NCBI GenBank assembly: GCA_951406725.2
Contig: OX597817.1
Location: forward strand, 27,094,001-27,158,000
From: Octopus vulgaris
Taxonomy: Eukaryota
Direction of reading: 5' to 3'
Length of the DNA: 64,000 nucleotides
Numbering within the stretch: the stretch's first letter is position 1; every line of letters starts with the position of its first letter. The notes beneath the pieces were generated by a model. The model was given only the letters and a program-made list of their open reading frames with translations, ran no database searches and was not told the origin of the DNA. Below, in pieces: positions 27,290-39,812 of the stretch. A program made the position numbers and the translations under genes.

Positions 27290-28666
27290 CAAGAATATAT
27301 ATGATGTATAGCAGTAGCTCTTACCAGCTGCCTTTGTAATCTATTTCCTGAGTGAGATGTTTGGATAATATCTCTAGTTTCAGTGGTCAAGCTTGGAATT
27401 CCAGCCAGAAAATTTAATGACAGCTGAGGACTCTACCTCTATGACCCTTCCTGGAATAGCTGGCAGAGAAAATGGACAGATGGATGGGATCATACTTGTT
27501 TGGTAAGCCACTTAATCTGAGATGGTTTATTGAAACTGAAGCAATTACATTTGGAAGAATCTCAGGACATTGAAAAATTGTAGCGTTTACTTATCATTAG
27601 CTGGAAAGATGTCCTCATCTTGGTTTTTGCTTTCATTATGTTTTGGCTGTGTAGGTTCCAACCTTATTTAGGTGTCTTATGATTCATCTTAGTCCCTTGC
27701 CTGCAGCTGAACTCAGAATCTCTAAGTGAATGCACTGCGCCCTTATCTACTACACTAAGCCTGTAGGCAGTGTTGGACACATTGCAGCTGTACTACCTAC
27801 AGAGATTCCTAGACAGTGTTGGGGTTTTGGTTCATGTGACATATCACACTGCAGCTCATCTCTTTGAGAGTCAAGTCATGCAGCTTTGGATCAAGGAAAA
27901 CCAATGTAGAGTAAATTATGGAATATTGTCAGGCAATCACCAGCCTGGATCAGTCAGACAAATATAATTTGAAGAAACTTCCAGATGTCAACAAGAATAA
28001 ACTGGCTTCTCTCTTTCAGAAGCTTTTCGAGCCAAACACTATAGGTTTGAATGAAACTCAACAGAACAGCCAAGGAAGAGCCTTCAGACAAGGTTGTACA
28101 AGATCGGGTACAGGATGAAACTATTTTGCATGCACTTATTCAGTGTCCAGGCCATCATCTAAGTCTAACGGGAAGAACAACCCTACCCTAGTTTGATTTA
28201 AGAGCATGCATGTTTCCTTAATTTGGTGGCTATCGTAAAAGAAGTTGCATGATAAACAATCTTTTAAAGGCTAAAGACAGGCACTTTCCTATTCAGTCAA
28301 ATCCTCAGTGACACTTTAAAGTTCTGCTTAGGAAGATAGGTAAAGCTGTTAAAAGAATCACTCTTCTATAATGGTGTGTGATTATGGCTAAAATGTTGAG
28401 AGAGTATAGAATTAGTTTTGGCAAGCACCTGTAGGTTGAACAACAGTAAGAAGGCACTTGCTTTTGGTGGCCTGTGTTATCTTAGATCTGTGGTGCTCTC
28501 TGATTGGCCTTGAGGTCTTCTTGTATCAGGAAAATTATCATCCATGTACACCTTTTATCACATACAATCTTTTTCCTTCATATGTTCGTATATAAAACCC
28601 CACACCTTATGCAACCTATTTTCATTAAAGTCCCTTCATCTCATGCTCCAGTAACAAATAAAAAGA
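27290..28666 (+). mobile_element. Decayed L1/Tx1-like LINE 3' part
   Basis: DETILHALIQCP (zf-RVT-like) at about 28114-28149; A-rich end near 28660; boundaries approximate. Confidence 0.55.
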
Positions 28667-28694
28667 ACTCATTATAATTCCCATTATTATTGAG

Positions 28695-28912
28695 ACAGCA
28701 AGCTAGCAGAGCAGTTAAGATGCTAGACAAAATGTTTACTAATATTTCATCCATCTTTACATTTTGAGGTCAAATTTCTGCTGAAGTCAACATCGCATTT
28801 CATCCTTTTGGGGTCAATAAAATAAGTACCAGTCAAACACTGGGTCGTTGTAATCAACTTATTCCCTCCTCCAAAATTGCTGGACTTGTGCCTATAATAG
28901 AAAGGATTATTA
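28695..28912 (+). mobile_element. SINE family B2 (B head and centre, alternative tail)
   Basis: tttcatccttttggggtcaataaaataagtaccag followed by aaaattgctggacttgtgcctataatagaaagg. Confidence 0.8.
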
Positions 28913-28944
28913 TCATCATCATCGTTGTCATCATCATCATCACT

Positions 28945-29263
28945 TTGTGCCAGTGGCATGTAAAAAGCACCATCGAAACATGGCCAGCGCCACCTTGACT
29001 GGATTCCATTGCCAGTGGCATGTAAAAAGCACCAACCAATCATGGCCGTTGCCAGCTTCCCCTGGCAGCTGTGCCGGTGGCATGTAAAAAGCACCCACTA
29101 CATTCACAGAGTGGTTGGTGTTAGGAAGGGCATTCAGCTGTAGAAACACTGCCAGATCAGACTGGAGCCTAGTGCAGCCTCCTGGCTCCCCAGACCCCGG
29201 TCAAACCGCCCAACCCATGCTAGCATGGAAAACGGACGTTAAGCGATGATGATGATGATGATG
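28945..29263 (+). mobile_element. RTE LINE 3' UTR
   Basis: Three gcc(a/g)gtggcatgtaaaaagcacc modules plus standard tail. Confidence 0.9.
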
Positions 29264-29665
29264 ATTATGTGGATGAGATTTAAACTCAAAGGAGAAAAAT
29301 CAATGAATCATTTGTCAATTGTATAACACAATCACTGGTTATAGCAATACGCTGTACACCCACATGGAATTTATTTACAAGTTAGGTAGACTGGTCAAGT
29401 GAAAGAAAATTTATTGGCCGTGGACACATTATAAAGTGGTAATGGCATACAAAAGGTCAAATCATTGCTTAGGTTACTGACAACATATTAAGTTAGTCAG
29501 CAGCAAATTTTGATCTGCAGTGTAATGAATAATATCAAATTGCTCAGAAATTTCAACTTAAAGTTCAAATGGGAATAATTTGAGAAAGATATATTTTAAA
29601 TGTATGTTTTCATTTTGACTTTAAAAAGATTTAAAGAATTAAAGAAGTAAAGAATTTTGTGAAGA

Positions 29666-29713
<48 letters not shown>

Positions 29714-30041
29714 GTATTCAAATCAAACATTGTGCTTTTGAATACAAAAAGACATCTATATTAATTCAATTCAATTATTTAATAATGTAATTCAGAGTAT
29801 TTTGAATAATTTGAAATGTAATGTATGGGAGGCTCATTTTGATAAATATAGAATTTTACTCTTGCTGTAAAATGCTAGAAATATACAAAGTCAAATATCT
29901 TAAAAATTATGATATCTAAGATTTTGTTGGATAATGTGTACTTAGATTAATAGTACCAGAAAATGCTATACAGTAGATATTCCTTAAACATAGATCTGCT
30001 ATATTAAATTCTATGACTACATGACAGACTTTTATTTGTCC

Positions 30042-30410
30042 ATGATTGTGGCCATTTGCCAGCCTCGTCTGGCATCTGTGCAAGTGGCACATAAAAAGCA
30101 CCCACTACACTCACGGAGTGGTTGGCGTTAGGAAGGGCATCCAGCTGTAGAAACACTGCCAGATCAGACTGGAGCCTGGCGCAGCCTTCTGGCTTCCCAG
30201 ACCCCAGTTGAACCGTCCAACCCATGCTAGCATGGAAAACGAACGTTAAACGATGATGATGCTAATGATGTTGGCATTAGGAACAGCATCTAGCCATAAA
30301 AACCATACCAAAGTTGACATTTGGCACTGTCTTCCGACTTGCCAGCTTCTTGTCATACCATCCAACCCTTGTCAGCATGAAAAGTGGGCATTAAATAATC
30401 ATGATGATGG
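30042..30410 (+). mobile_element. Young RTE 3' end followed by an older RTE-like tail
   Basis: Standard tail to about 30260, then diverged gttggcattaggaacagcatc...ttaaataatcatgatg. Confidence 0.85.
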
Positions 30411-31682
30411 TTGTGGTAGTGGTGTGGTGGTGGTGGTGGCGGTGGTGGTATTGGTGTTGGTGGTGGTGGTGGTGGTGGTGGTAGTAGTGGTAGTAGTAGT
30501 GGTGTGGTGGTGGTGATGGTGTTGGTGGTGGTGGTAGTGGTGGTGTGGTGGAGTTAGTTGTGGTGGTGACAGTGATGACGACAACAACGATGATAATGAT
30601 GAGGATAATAATAATAATGAAATTATTGTATACAGTGCTCAGGCGCACCACAGTGGCAATGACCACAATGCTCAGGGGCACATGGTGGCAATGACCATAA
30701 TGACGACCACGACAATGACAATGATGATGGCAATATACAATGTAACCTGGTTTGCTTGATTTACATAGCACTACATTTGCTGGTGACATGTTTAATTTAT
30801 CATTTAATAATACTCTATACAATATTCCTAGCTCATTCGAAATATGATGTAATATATACCTTTTGAAAATGTACATGCAATTATAGCTTCACTTTGCAAA
30901 GTATGCGAAGTAGTTACATCATAGTTTCTTATCTTTCTCTTCTTATCAAAACAATATATTTTATATTACATTTCCAAAATATATACATATTTAACTTTTT
31001 AAAAAACATATATATTTCAAAAGAATATGAAGCAAAATTATTTTATATAGTTATGCAATATCTAAAAGTTTGTTTTTAACTATTTATATTCATTTTCGCT
31101 CATCATGAATTTTACTGCTATGAATTCGAAATCAACTTTTACCTTTCATGAACTGAGCACTAAAAATATGTTTCAGATAAAATATAATACAATTCTACAA
31201 TACATTATTATTATTCAAATGCAGCTTGATACTAAATAAAACATCATAAAACATTAATCGTCAATAACAGTAACATTAATACTAAATGGCAATCTTTGTA
31301 TCCAACTCTAACATGTCTGTTTTGTTAGAACACTAAATACTGTGTGATTAACCTTGAGAGAATCTCTCATTTGAACACATTTTGCAGACATATTTATATC
31401 GTTGGCAGATGAGAATCATCTGCAAAGCACTTTGGAACTGCCAGCTCATCAGTGACAGTCCTTAACTAGCTGCCTTCCAGCCAGAGCTCATGCCAAATAG
31501 ATATAGAATTCCAGTGATTTTTCATGCACCGGTTTCATAAATAGTCAGCAGACTTATTAAAAATTAATTATTAGTTACAAGAGCAGTAATAATATCAAAA
31601 GCAATAATTCTATCCAACTTAATGTAGATGTTGTATTAGAACACTGAATACTGAATTATTAACTTTTAGAAAATTACTCATA

Positions 31683-32080
31683 TACTCTTTTACTCTTTTA
31701 CTTGTTTCAGTCATTTGACTGTGGCCATGCTGGAGCACCGCCTTAAGTCGAGCAAATTGACCCCAGGACTTATTCTTTGTAAGCCTAGTACTTATTCTAT
31801 CGGTCTTTTTTGCTGAACTGCTAAGTTACAAGGACGCAAACACACCAGCATCAGTTGTTAAGTAATGTTTGGGGGACAAACACAGACACACAAACACACA
31901 TATATATACATATATACAACGGGCTTCTTTCAATTTCTGTCTACCAAATCCACTCACAAGGCTTTGGTCAGCACAAGGCTCTAGTAGAAGACACTTGCCC
32001 AAGGTGCCACACAGTGGGACTGAACTCAGAACCATGTGGCTGGTAAGCAAGCTACTTACCACACAGCTACTCATGCACCT
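31683..32080 (-). mobile_element. SINE family A
   Basis: Full length. Confidence 0.9.
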
Positions 32081-32156
32081 ATAGACACATGGTGCATAAA
32101 AACACACATATTTATATGACAATCAGGTGAGAGATGTCTGCTATGGGAGCTGGGGT

Positions 32157-32200
32157 TGCCAGATCATGTGATTTCAATGTGCTGCATCTCATCAGTGACA
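32157..32200 (-). ncRNA. Minimal type I hammerhead ribozyme
   Basis: Minus strand: tgtca CTGATGA gatg cagca catt GAAA tcacatg ATC tggca; stems I (5 bp), II (4 bp) and III all pair; AUC triplet. Confidence 0.8.
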
Positions 32201-32241
32201 GTCACTAGCTTGTAACCACCAGTCACATCTCACTGCCAATC

Positions 32242-32552
32242 TGAGACCCCCTCGGTCATGACTGATCGTTGGATTGCACCTAGAAAGTTACCCTCCCAGG
32301 TACAAGTCTGGGCAAGGTTGTTTATGGAAGACCAGCAGTTGCCCATGCATACCGGCCTCCCCTCTCCATGCCACCAGTGTTATCCAAGGGAAAGGCAAAG
32401 GCCGATACAGCTTGACACATGTGACGTTGCAACTCATTTCTATAGCTGAGTGAACTGGAGCAATGTGAAATAAAGTGTCTTGCTCAAGAACACAACACAC
32501 AGCCCGGTCCGGGATTCAAACTTACAACCTTACGATCGTAAGCTTGATGCTA
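32242..32552 (-). mobile_element. CORE-type SINE family F
   Basis: Minus strand tgtgttgtgttcttgagcaagacactttatttcacattgctccagttcactcagct (CORE-like) after a tRNA B-box; older relative at 45650-45825. Confidence 0.8.
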
Positions 32553-33066
32553 TTAAAATCGCATTATCTGGCAGTTTTGATGTCCATAGCAGATAATTCA
32601 TATCTGTAAATGGTATAAATATATGTACCTGTTATTACTTTTATGCATCATGTATCTATATGAGAGGTCCTCTCATGATTAACCCCACAGTATTTGGTGT
32701 TCTAACAAAACATCCACATTAAGATGGATATGAAGATTGTGTTCTACTATAAGACAGCTTTTCCTTATAGATGTACCTGTGAGGGTTGAAAAGAAGTAAG
32801 ACAAATTGTTATGAGTAAAAATATTAAAATGGTTTCAAACATTTTAATTTTATTTAACCTGATCACAAAGAATGAAGAATGATATAGATGGAAACTTTAT
32901 TTTGTCAATATATTAGCAATAGAGGCAGTATTAATGTTAAGAGGTACTATTTATTCCCATGTAAACATGGATGTTCTATTAGAATAAAATTTACTGTAGC
33001 AGATGCCATGAGAGAAACTCCTGTATTGGCTTTTCATGCAAAATGCACACTTGTTTATATAAAGAT

Positions 33067-33483
33067 GGGAGCAGGAGTGGCTGTGTGGTAAGTAGTTTGC
33101 TTACCAACCACATAGCTCCAGGTTCAGTCCTACTGCATGGCATCTTGGGCAAAGTGTCTTCTACTCTATCCTCAGTCCGACCAAAGCCTTGTGAGTAGAT
33201 TTGGTAGATGGAAACTGAAAGAAGCCCATCGTATATATGTATATGTATATATATGTGTGTGTGTGTGTTTGTGTTTGTGTGTCTGTGTTTGTCCCCCCAA
33301 CATTGCTTAATAACCGATGCTGGTGTTTACATCCCTGTAACTTAGCGGTTCAGCAAAAGAGACCGATAGAATAAGTACAAGGCTTACAAAGAATAAGTCC
33401 TGGGGTCAATTGCTCGACTAAAAGGTGGTACTCCAGCATGACCGCAGTCAAATAACTGAAACAAGTAAAAGAGTAAAAGAGTA
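33067..33483 (+). mobile_element. SINE family A, full length
   Basis: Head, internal microsatellite and (gtaaaaga)n tail. Confidence 0.92.
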
Positions 33484-34433
33484 TTTTTTTAAAAGTTGAT
33501 ATGAGAGTTTCTTTCCTCATTTATGTGGGAATAGATATTACCTCTCTTTATTTTGTCTACTCATTAGTAAAGAACGGGATTAAAATTTCAACGGAATCGT
33601 TTTGTAACTGGGCTGGTTCCCTTCATTTGGTTGATCTTTTGTTTACAGTAATCCATATCTATACAATGATACTTTGATTGATGAGATTCCAACTCATAAA
33701 GAAGGAGAGAGAAATCTGATCTTTCATGTGATTAGACACTGCCCCTCTTTATCATTTCAGAGAATTTTAACCTCTTAAGTAACAGGTCTTTTGCTTTGTC
33801 TCTCTGTGTCTGTCTGCCTCCGTTGCTTTCTCTTTACAAAAGAGGAATGTTTGAAATGTCGGTCAAAAATGTTATGGCAGAAAAAGGTCTGTGAGAAAAG
33901 TATAAAAAGAAACATAAAAGGAATGTAGTTAACTAGACAATAAATCAGGTTGCATCAGGATAGCTGTTAGGTTTGTTCAATGTTTAAGTCTAATTCTCTC
34001 AAGGGAATCCCTATGTTGAGAACTGTAAAAATATCACTTAAAAACATTCCTTCATCTGACCTCATTGTTTGTACATATGTCTCAAGTAGATATACCTAAA
34101 GCTGTTCTACAGCTGTATCTACAAATTGTTTACAATAAGAAATCGTAAACAAAGTTTACTCAAGAGATTGTTGAGAAAAAAATTAATAAGGAATTATGCA
34201 TTTCTGGATCAGTCCATCTTATATGTAATTACTAGCATTAGATACAAATCCTTAGCCACAAATATCTGAAAGATATTTAATCTAATTAATTTGTATTAAC
34301 ATATCCCTATTTTGAAAAACAAGTAACATTTGGTAACAAACAGAGCATTCAGGTATGAAATCCTGCTTCAAAATAACTACCCTATCCCAATCCAAGCTAA
34401 AAAGAAAAAAACAGTCATTGAATACATGAATGC

Positions 34434-34960
34434 TTAACCCTTTAGCATTCGTATTACTCCATCAAATGTAATGTTTATGCATTTATATTGCTTTGAATTA
34501 ATCATGTAATTATCTTGCAAGCTTTGAGATTTCATTAGAATGGTTGTTTGTCATTAGAATGACATTGTAGGGCAGATGTGAGAAGCCAGATCTGTCCAGT
34601 TTGAACATACTGTCGAAGATCAAAATGTTCCATCTCCATCACCTCTGACACCGGACTCTATAACTACTATGAAATTTACACCAGCAATGCTACAACACCA
34701 CCTTAGGAATAAACGTAACTATGCCTCTCCTGGTCTCGATGGTGTTACATACCTACTTCTCAAACATGGTGGGTACTTTCTTCTAAACCAAATTTCATTA
34801 TTCTTTCAATTCTGTCTTGACAATGGTGTTACTCCAAAGCAGTGGAAAACTGCCAGTGCTATCCCTCTGTTCAAAAAAGGTGACCACACATCGCCTGTCA
34901 ACTATAACACAACTGGGAGATTTGGGCCAGATATGGCTGGTTTAAACAACAAAGAGTTAA
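34434..34960. mobile_element. TTAA-type MITE with an internal LINE fragment
   Basis: TTAA-ccctttagca ... aacaaagag-TTAA. Confidence 0.6.
34612..34905 (+). mobile_element. CR1/Jockey-group RT N-terminal fragment
   Basis: SPGLDGVTYLLLK..PKQWKTASAIPLFKKGDHTSPVNY (RT domain 0-1). Confidence 0.85.
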
Positions 34961-36232
34961 ACAAGTATAAAGATTTCTTAAAGATTTGTAGCACAAAGCA
35001 ACAAATTGCTAAAGGTGAGGTATATTGAACTGAATAAACCTCAGTAGATGACTGCTACCTTATCAAACCTAGAAAGATGGAAAATAAAACTAACAATAGT
35101 AGGATGTAAAATGAGAATGTAAGAGTTCAGAACTAGATGCTGATAGGAATTTAGTGTGGTCCTCTATTACTGTTCTACAAAACCACCCTTCAATAATATC
35201 GATTTTTATTTGGTGCAAAACCACTAATTTTTAGGGAAAAGGTATAGTTAATCAAATCGATCTACTTCATGACAAGTACTTCTTCAACAAACTCTACAGG
35301 GATAAATATCAAAGATAACCTCAGCAATATTTGAACACAGAGCATGAAAGAACTCAACTAAATTATACAAATCATATATCCAACATTTTGCTTCCCCCTA
35401 CACTCCACAACTCTGTCTTGCCCCAGATTATATTTAAACATCTAAAGATGAAAAGTGATAACCAAAGATGATTAAAGAATATGCTGATTAGATAAAAATT
35501 CCAACGACAAAGCTAGTATTCTGATAATTGAGTTCTGTTCATGTATAATAAATCATCTCAAAGATGTAGATATTGTAAGTTAATATTCTTATTTAGGTAT
35601 TTAGTCTTTTTATATATTATTATTGTCATAAACAATTTAGAAATACTTTTTAGCCACCCCACCACCTAAATTAGTAATAAAGGAGATTGTGATAAGAAAG
35701 AACAAAAACAATAATTCTTGTACACACTTGAAAGAAAATTCTAAGAAACATTTTATATTAGTCACCATACTGGACCTTACCCATGTTTATTAATATCTAA
35801 AATAGATATTAATCACATGAATTCACTATATTTTGTATAAATTGCTTTAAAAAAAGAATCTGACAGTATTCAGTTCATCTGAGAATGTTGATTTGCTTTG
35901 AATTATTGCTTCAAAACCATACTGGAAGAGGTTAAAGTTGAGTTTCATAAATGCACAAAAGAAATTAAGAAACAATTATAGAACCTCAAGTGAAATTTAT
36001 TCTTCTAATTTTCTTTTTCTCAGAAAACATGCTTAAACAAAACTCTCTAATTTGGATAATTACTCTAAGTAAATTATCTTTCTAATCAGTAACTTTACCA
36101 TTATCAGTTTGAATGCTTGTGGGTATTTAACATTCTTAGTTTTTCTGTCTGGAGCTAAAATAAAAAATTTCAGTAAAGCCACTTAACCTTTGACTTAGAA
36201 AAGATGTGTTCCTACACCAAATTTCAGTTTCC

Positions 36233-36299
<67 letters not shown>

Positions 36300-37542
36300 T
36301 TGTGTGTGTGTGTATGTTCTCTTCTGCTTCTAACTATTTGAAAGAGCTGATTCCTAACAATAGTACAAAATTCCGTCATTATAATGTAAATAATGAAAAC
36401 AGAGTCACATTTTAAACTTGAGAAAAGTCTTGCATATTTTTATTGTTCCACTTACAGATTGTACAAGTTAGTTGCTTGATTTCTTTTTCTGAAAAGCTTA
36501 GCTTATCCAGTTGTCACTAAGACATTTACTTATAACATCAAATGCACTGATTAGTATTAGTATAAATGTAAATTTATAATCTGGATACAGAAGCTTATGG
36601 TTTCAGAGTAGAAGCTTATAGCTGCCCCTTTTCTCTTTGATTTTTAATGAGATATTGACACCAGCAAGACAGCTGACCTCTATGATGTTACATGCATTCA
36701 CTTATTTGTTCCAATTAACAATATCCAGCCTGTTATGTTTATATTCAACAGATGTTTTGCTGACAATGCTCCACCTGTATTCCTTGTGTTGATACTTGGG
36801 GATGTATACAATAACAAAGAAATTTTCTATATTTATTCCAGGACAGCCTTTTTGCTAAATACCGTTGTATTTTGTTTATGCAACTTCGTACCACATCAGT
36901 ATATACCTTCATGACCTTTTTGGGCAGCAGCTAATGATATGTGAAGTATCTTCCACTGAAATAGGACATAATCAACATTTTTGGTTTCATCTTGCAGTTC
37001 TAAGGGTTTCAATATCTCTTTTGTTCATGAGATATTTCATTGGAATCTCCCGTTCTTTGATTGCAAAAGCATAGCCTTCAAAATGTGTTGTAATGTAGAG
37101 GTCACGAGTCCAAGAGAGGTTACATTTATGTTGATACTACTCCAAGAAAGGCTACCATGTCACTATTACTCCCAGGGAGGCTGTGCTTCACATCAAAATA
37201 TGTCGATGTATGTTTGTATATATGAGGAACTGTCTTAAGACATGGTCACACTATAGACAAATGCCCAGGAGCCTATAATACCACTAAGATGATCCAGTTT
37301 GTATACACCTGCAAACATTAATGTTCAACACTATGAAGTGCCCCACCTCAATTGCAATATGCATGAGGAGAAATAAACCCATGAATCAAACTAGGAATGG
37401 TTTAACGTCTAAGATTTTCAATGTAAAATGATAAAGGACATTGGAAGAACCAATGGGAAACAGAAAAGGGAAACAGTCCCACTGATGTGTGGAGGAGTTG
37501 ACGCAGGGACATGTTACCTTTTTCCGGAGGATGTAATAGCTC

Positions 37543-37740
37543 ATCATCATCATCGATATTTAACATTTCTTTTCCCTGCTGGCATGGGTTGGATGGTTTG
37601 ACAGAAGCTGGCCAGCCAGATAGCTGCACCAAGCTCCAGTTGTCTGTTTTGGCATGATTTCTTTAGTTGCATGTCCTTCCAAATGCCAACCACTTCACTG
37701 AGTGTGCTGGATGCTTTTTATGCAGCACCAGCATCAGCCC
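37543..37740 (-). mobile_element. Diverged RTE 3' end
   Basis: (CAT)n..gctggcatgggttggatgg..tgccaaccac. Confidence 0.75.
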
Positions 37741-38624
37741 TTCAAGAATTTGGACCTGGAGATCTCCATTTCCAGCGACTTCGAGGGCCACCTCCCAGTG
37801 GTGTCAGGCATCAATGAAGAGCCCTTGACTACAACAAGATCACCAAAGTCTTTTTTTTTTCCAAGGTCTGGGGTCTCCCACCCCTAAGCCCTAGACCATC
37901 ACCTAATCACCCTTACCCGTCTTGTTGCTTAGCAACAACAAAAGCACCAGCACCAGTGTTATTTCATAGAATGGAACTAGCATGGGGTCTTTATGTGGAA
38001 GTGCCATGAGCACATTCATGGGACCGGGGCACAGGTGTATTCTATGTAGTCCCAGTATAGGTGCTTTTGCATGACACCAAAACAGGTACTTTTTATTACA
38101 CATGGTACCAGCACCTGTGAGCTTACAAGACAAGGACCTCTCAGACAACAAAGGGGGGTGGGGACATGGCTGTAAGGGACGTACCTGTATATAGGGATGG
38201 CCTCAATATTTAATTAGCTTGGTGTATATTCAAGCACAGCAAGAGGTCAGAAGTCTCGGTCAAAATTTTTCATATTATTTATATTGAAAAATCTTGGTTA
38301 ATTAATTAATTCATTGTCATAACATAATTAGTTGAAGATAGTGATTGTGTCAAATTTTCTGTAAGTTCTGTTTTTTACTCATTTTAAAATAGTACTTCAA
38401 ATCCAGAAAATGACTCAGGAATTACAGAGAACAACTGCATGATTTTCATGTCATGCAAAAAAAAAGTTTATGTTGGAAGAAACATGCAAATTAGCAAGTT
38501 GCGTGTATATGTGTTTGTGTGTGTGTGTGTGCATGATATACCCTCCAGCCTTCATCAGGTGTGATGGGAAAATTTCGAACCTGGGTTCTCATTTCTAAGG
38601 TATTTTTCGATGCTGTTGTTGTTG

Positions 38625-38702
<78 letters not shown>

Positions 38703-38740
38703 TCCTTAGAAATGAGAACCCAGGTTCAAAATTTTCCCAA

Positions 38741-38786
38741 GACACCTGATGAAGGCTGGAGGAATTATCAGCCGAAACATTGTGTT
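38741..38786 (+). ncRNA. Minimal type I hammerhead (stem III G>A variant)
   Basis: gacac CTGATGA a ggctg gaggaattat cagcc GAAAC ATT gtgtt. Confidence 0.8.
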
Positions 38787-39158
38787 AATAACAAACAAGA
38801 TGAGGACAAATATCTGTCAATTGTAAATAATGTAAATAATGTACATAATTTCTCATCTCTTAAATATAGAACTGATATACTTAAATATTGATGTATCTTA
38901 ATGGGAGGGAACTAGAAATCATATCCATAGATGCTAAATAGGAAGTGTATGAGCATGTGTACATATTTGTGTGTTTGTATGAATGTGTGTGTGCTTGTAT
39001 GCATGTCAGAAGGTAACTGTTGACACACTCACTAAGATCTTATATTCTTCCTTCCTATTTAGCATCTATGCGTATGATTTCTAGTTCCCTCCCATTAAGA
39101 TACATCAATATTTACGTACATTGCTTCTATATTTAAGAGATGAGGAATTATGTACATT

Positions 39159-39527
39159 CATCATCATCATCATCATCATTTAGCGTCCGTTTTCCATGCT
39201 AGCATGGGTTGGACGGTTCTACTGGGGTCTGTGAAGCCAGAAGGCTTCATCAGGCCCAGTCAAATCTGGCAGTGTTTCTACGGCTGGATGCCCTTCCTAA
39301 CGCCAACCACTCCGTGAGTGTAGTGGGTGCTTTTTACGTGCCACCCGCACTGGTGCCAGACAGAGCTGGCAAACGGCCACGAATGGATGGTGCTTTTTAT
39401 GTGCCACCGGCACGAGGGCCAGGCGAGGCTGGCAACGGACACGAAACGGGGCGGTGCTGGCAACGGTCGCGAAACAGAAGTTCTCTTACATGCCACCGGC
39501 ACTGGTAACACATCTGCAATTTCCATT
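39159..39527 (-). mobile_element. RTE LINE 3' UTR inserted in the palindrome arm
   Basis: (CAT)n tail at 39159; flanks rejoin as tatgtacatt|atttatattatttac. Confidence 0.9.
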
Positions 39528-39581
39528 GATATTTATATTATTTACAATCGACGGATATTTGTCGTCATTTTGTTTGTTGTT

Positions 39582-39627
39582 AACACAACGTTTCGGCTGA
39601 TATACCCTCCAGCTTTCATCAGGTGTC
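39582..39627 (-). ncRNA. Minimal type I hammerhead (stem II base mismatch)
   Basis: Minus strand: gacac CTGATGA a agctg gagggtatat cagcc GAAAC GTT gtgtt; palindromic aacgtt. Confidence 0.8.
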
Positions 39628-39766
39628 TTGGGGAAATTTTGAACCTGGGATCTCATTCCTAAGGACCTTAATAATAATAATGATAATAATAATAATAATA
39701 ACAACAACAACAACAGCATCGAAAAATAGCTTAGGAATGAGAACCCAGGTTCGAAATTTCCCCCAA

Positions 39767-39812
39767 GACACCACGTAAAGGCTGGAGGGTATATCAGCCG
39801 AAACGTTGTGTT
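39767..39812 (+). ncRNA. Hammerhead copy with destroyed core
   Basis: gacac cacgtaa a ggctg..cagcc GAAAC GTT gtgtt; CTGATGA replaced. Confidence 0.6.

Larger units (their letters stand above)
31262..32750. repeat. Two direct (~316-bp period) plus one inverted copy of a hammerhead-bearing unit, interrupted by two SINEs
   Basis: tatccaact..ttagaacact(a/g)aatactg at about 31300 and 31611; reverse complement at about 32690-32735; ctcatcagtgacagtc at 31445 and 32188. Confidence 0.75.

Noticed and set aside
28945-29100. CRISPR-like repeat-spacer look of the ~23-nt modules
   Set aside because: Eukaryotic context, no cas genes, and spacers are shared among dispersed RTE copies.
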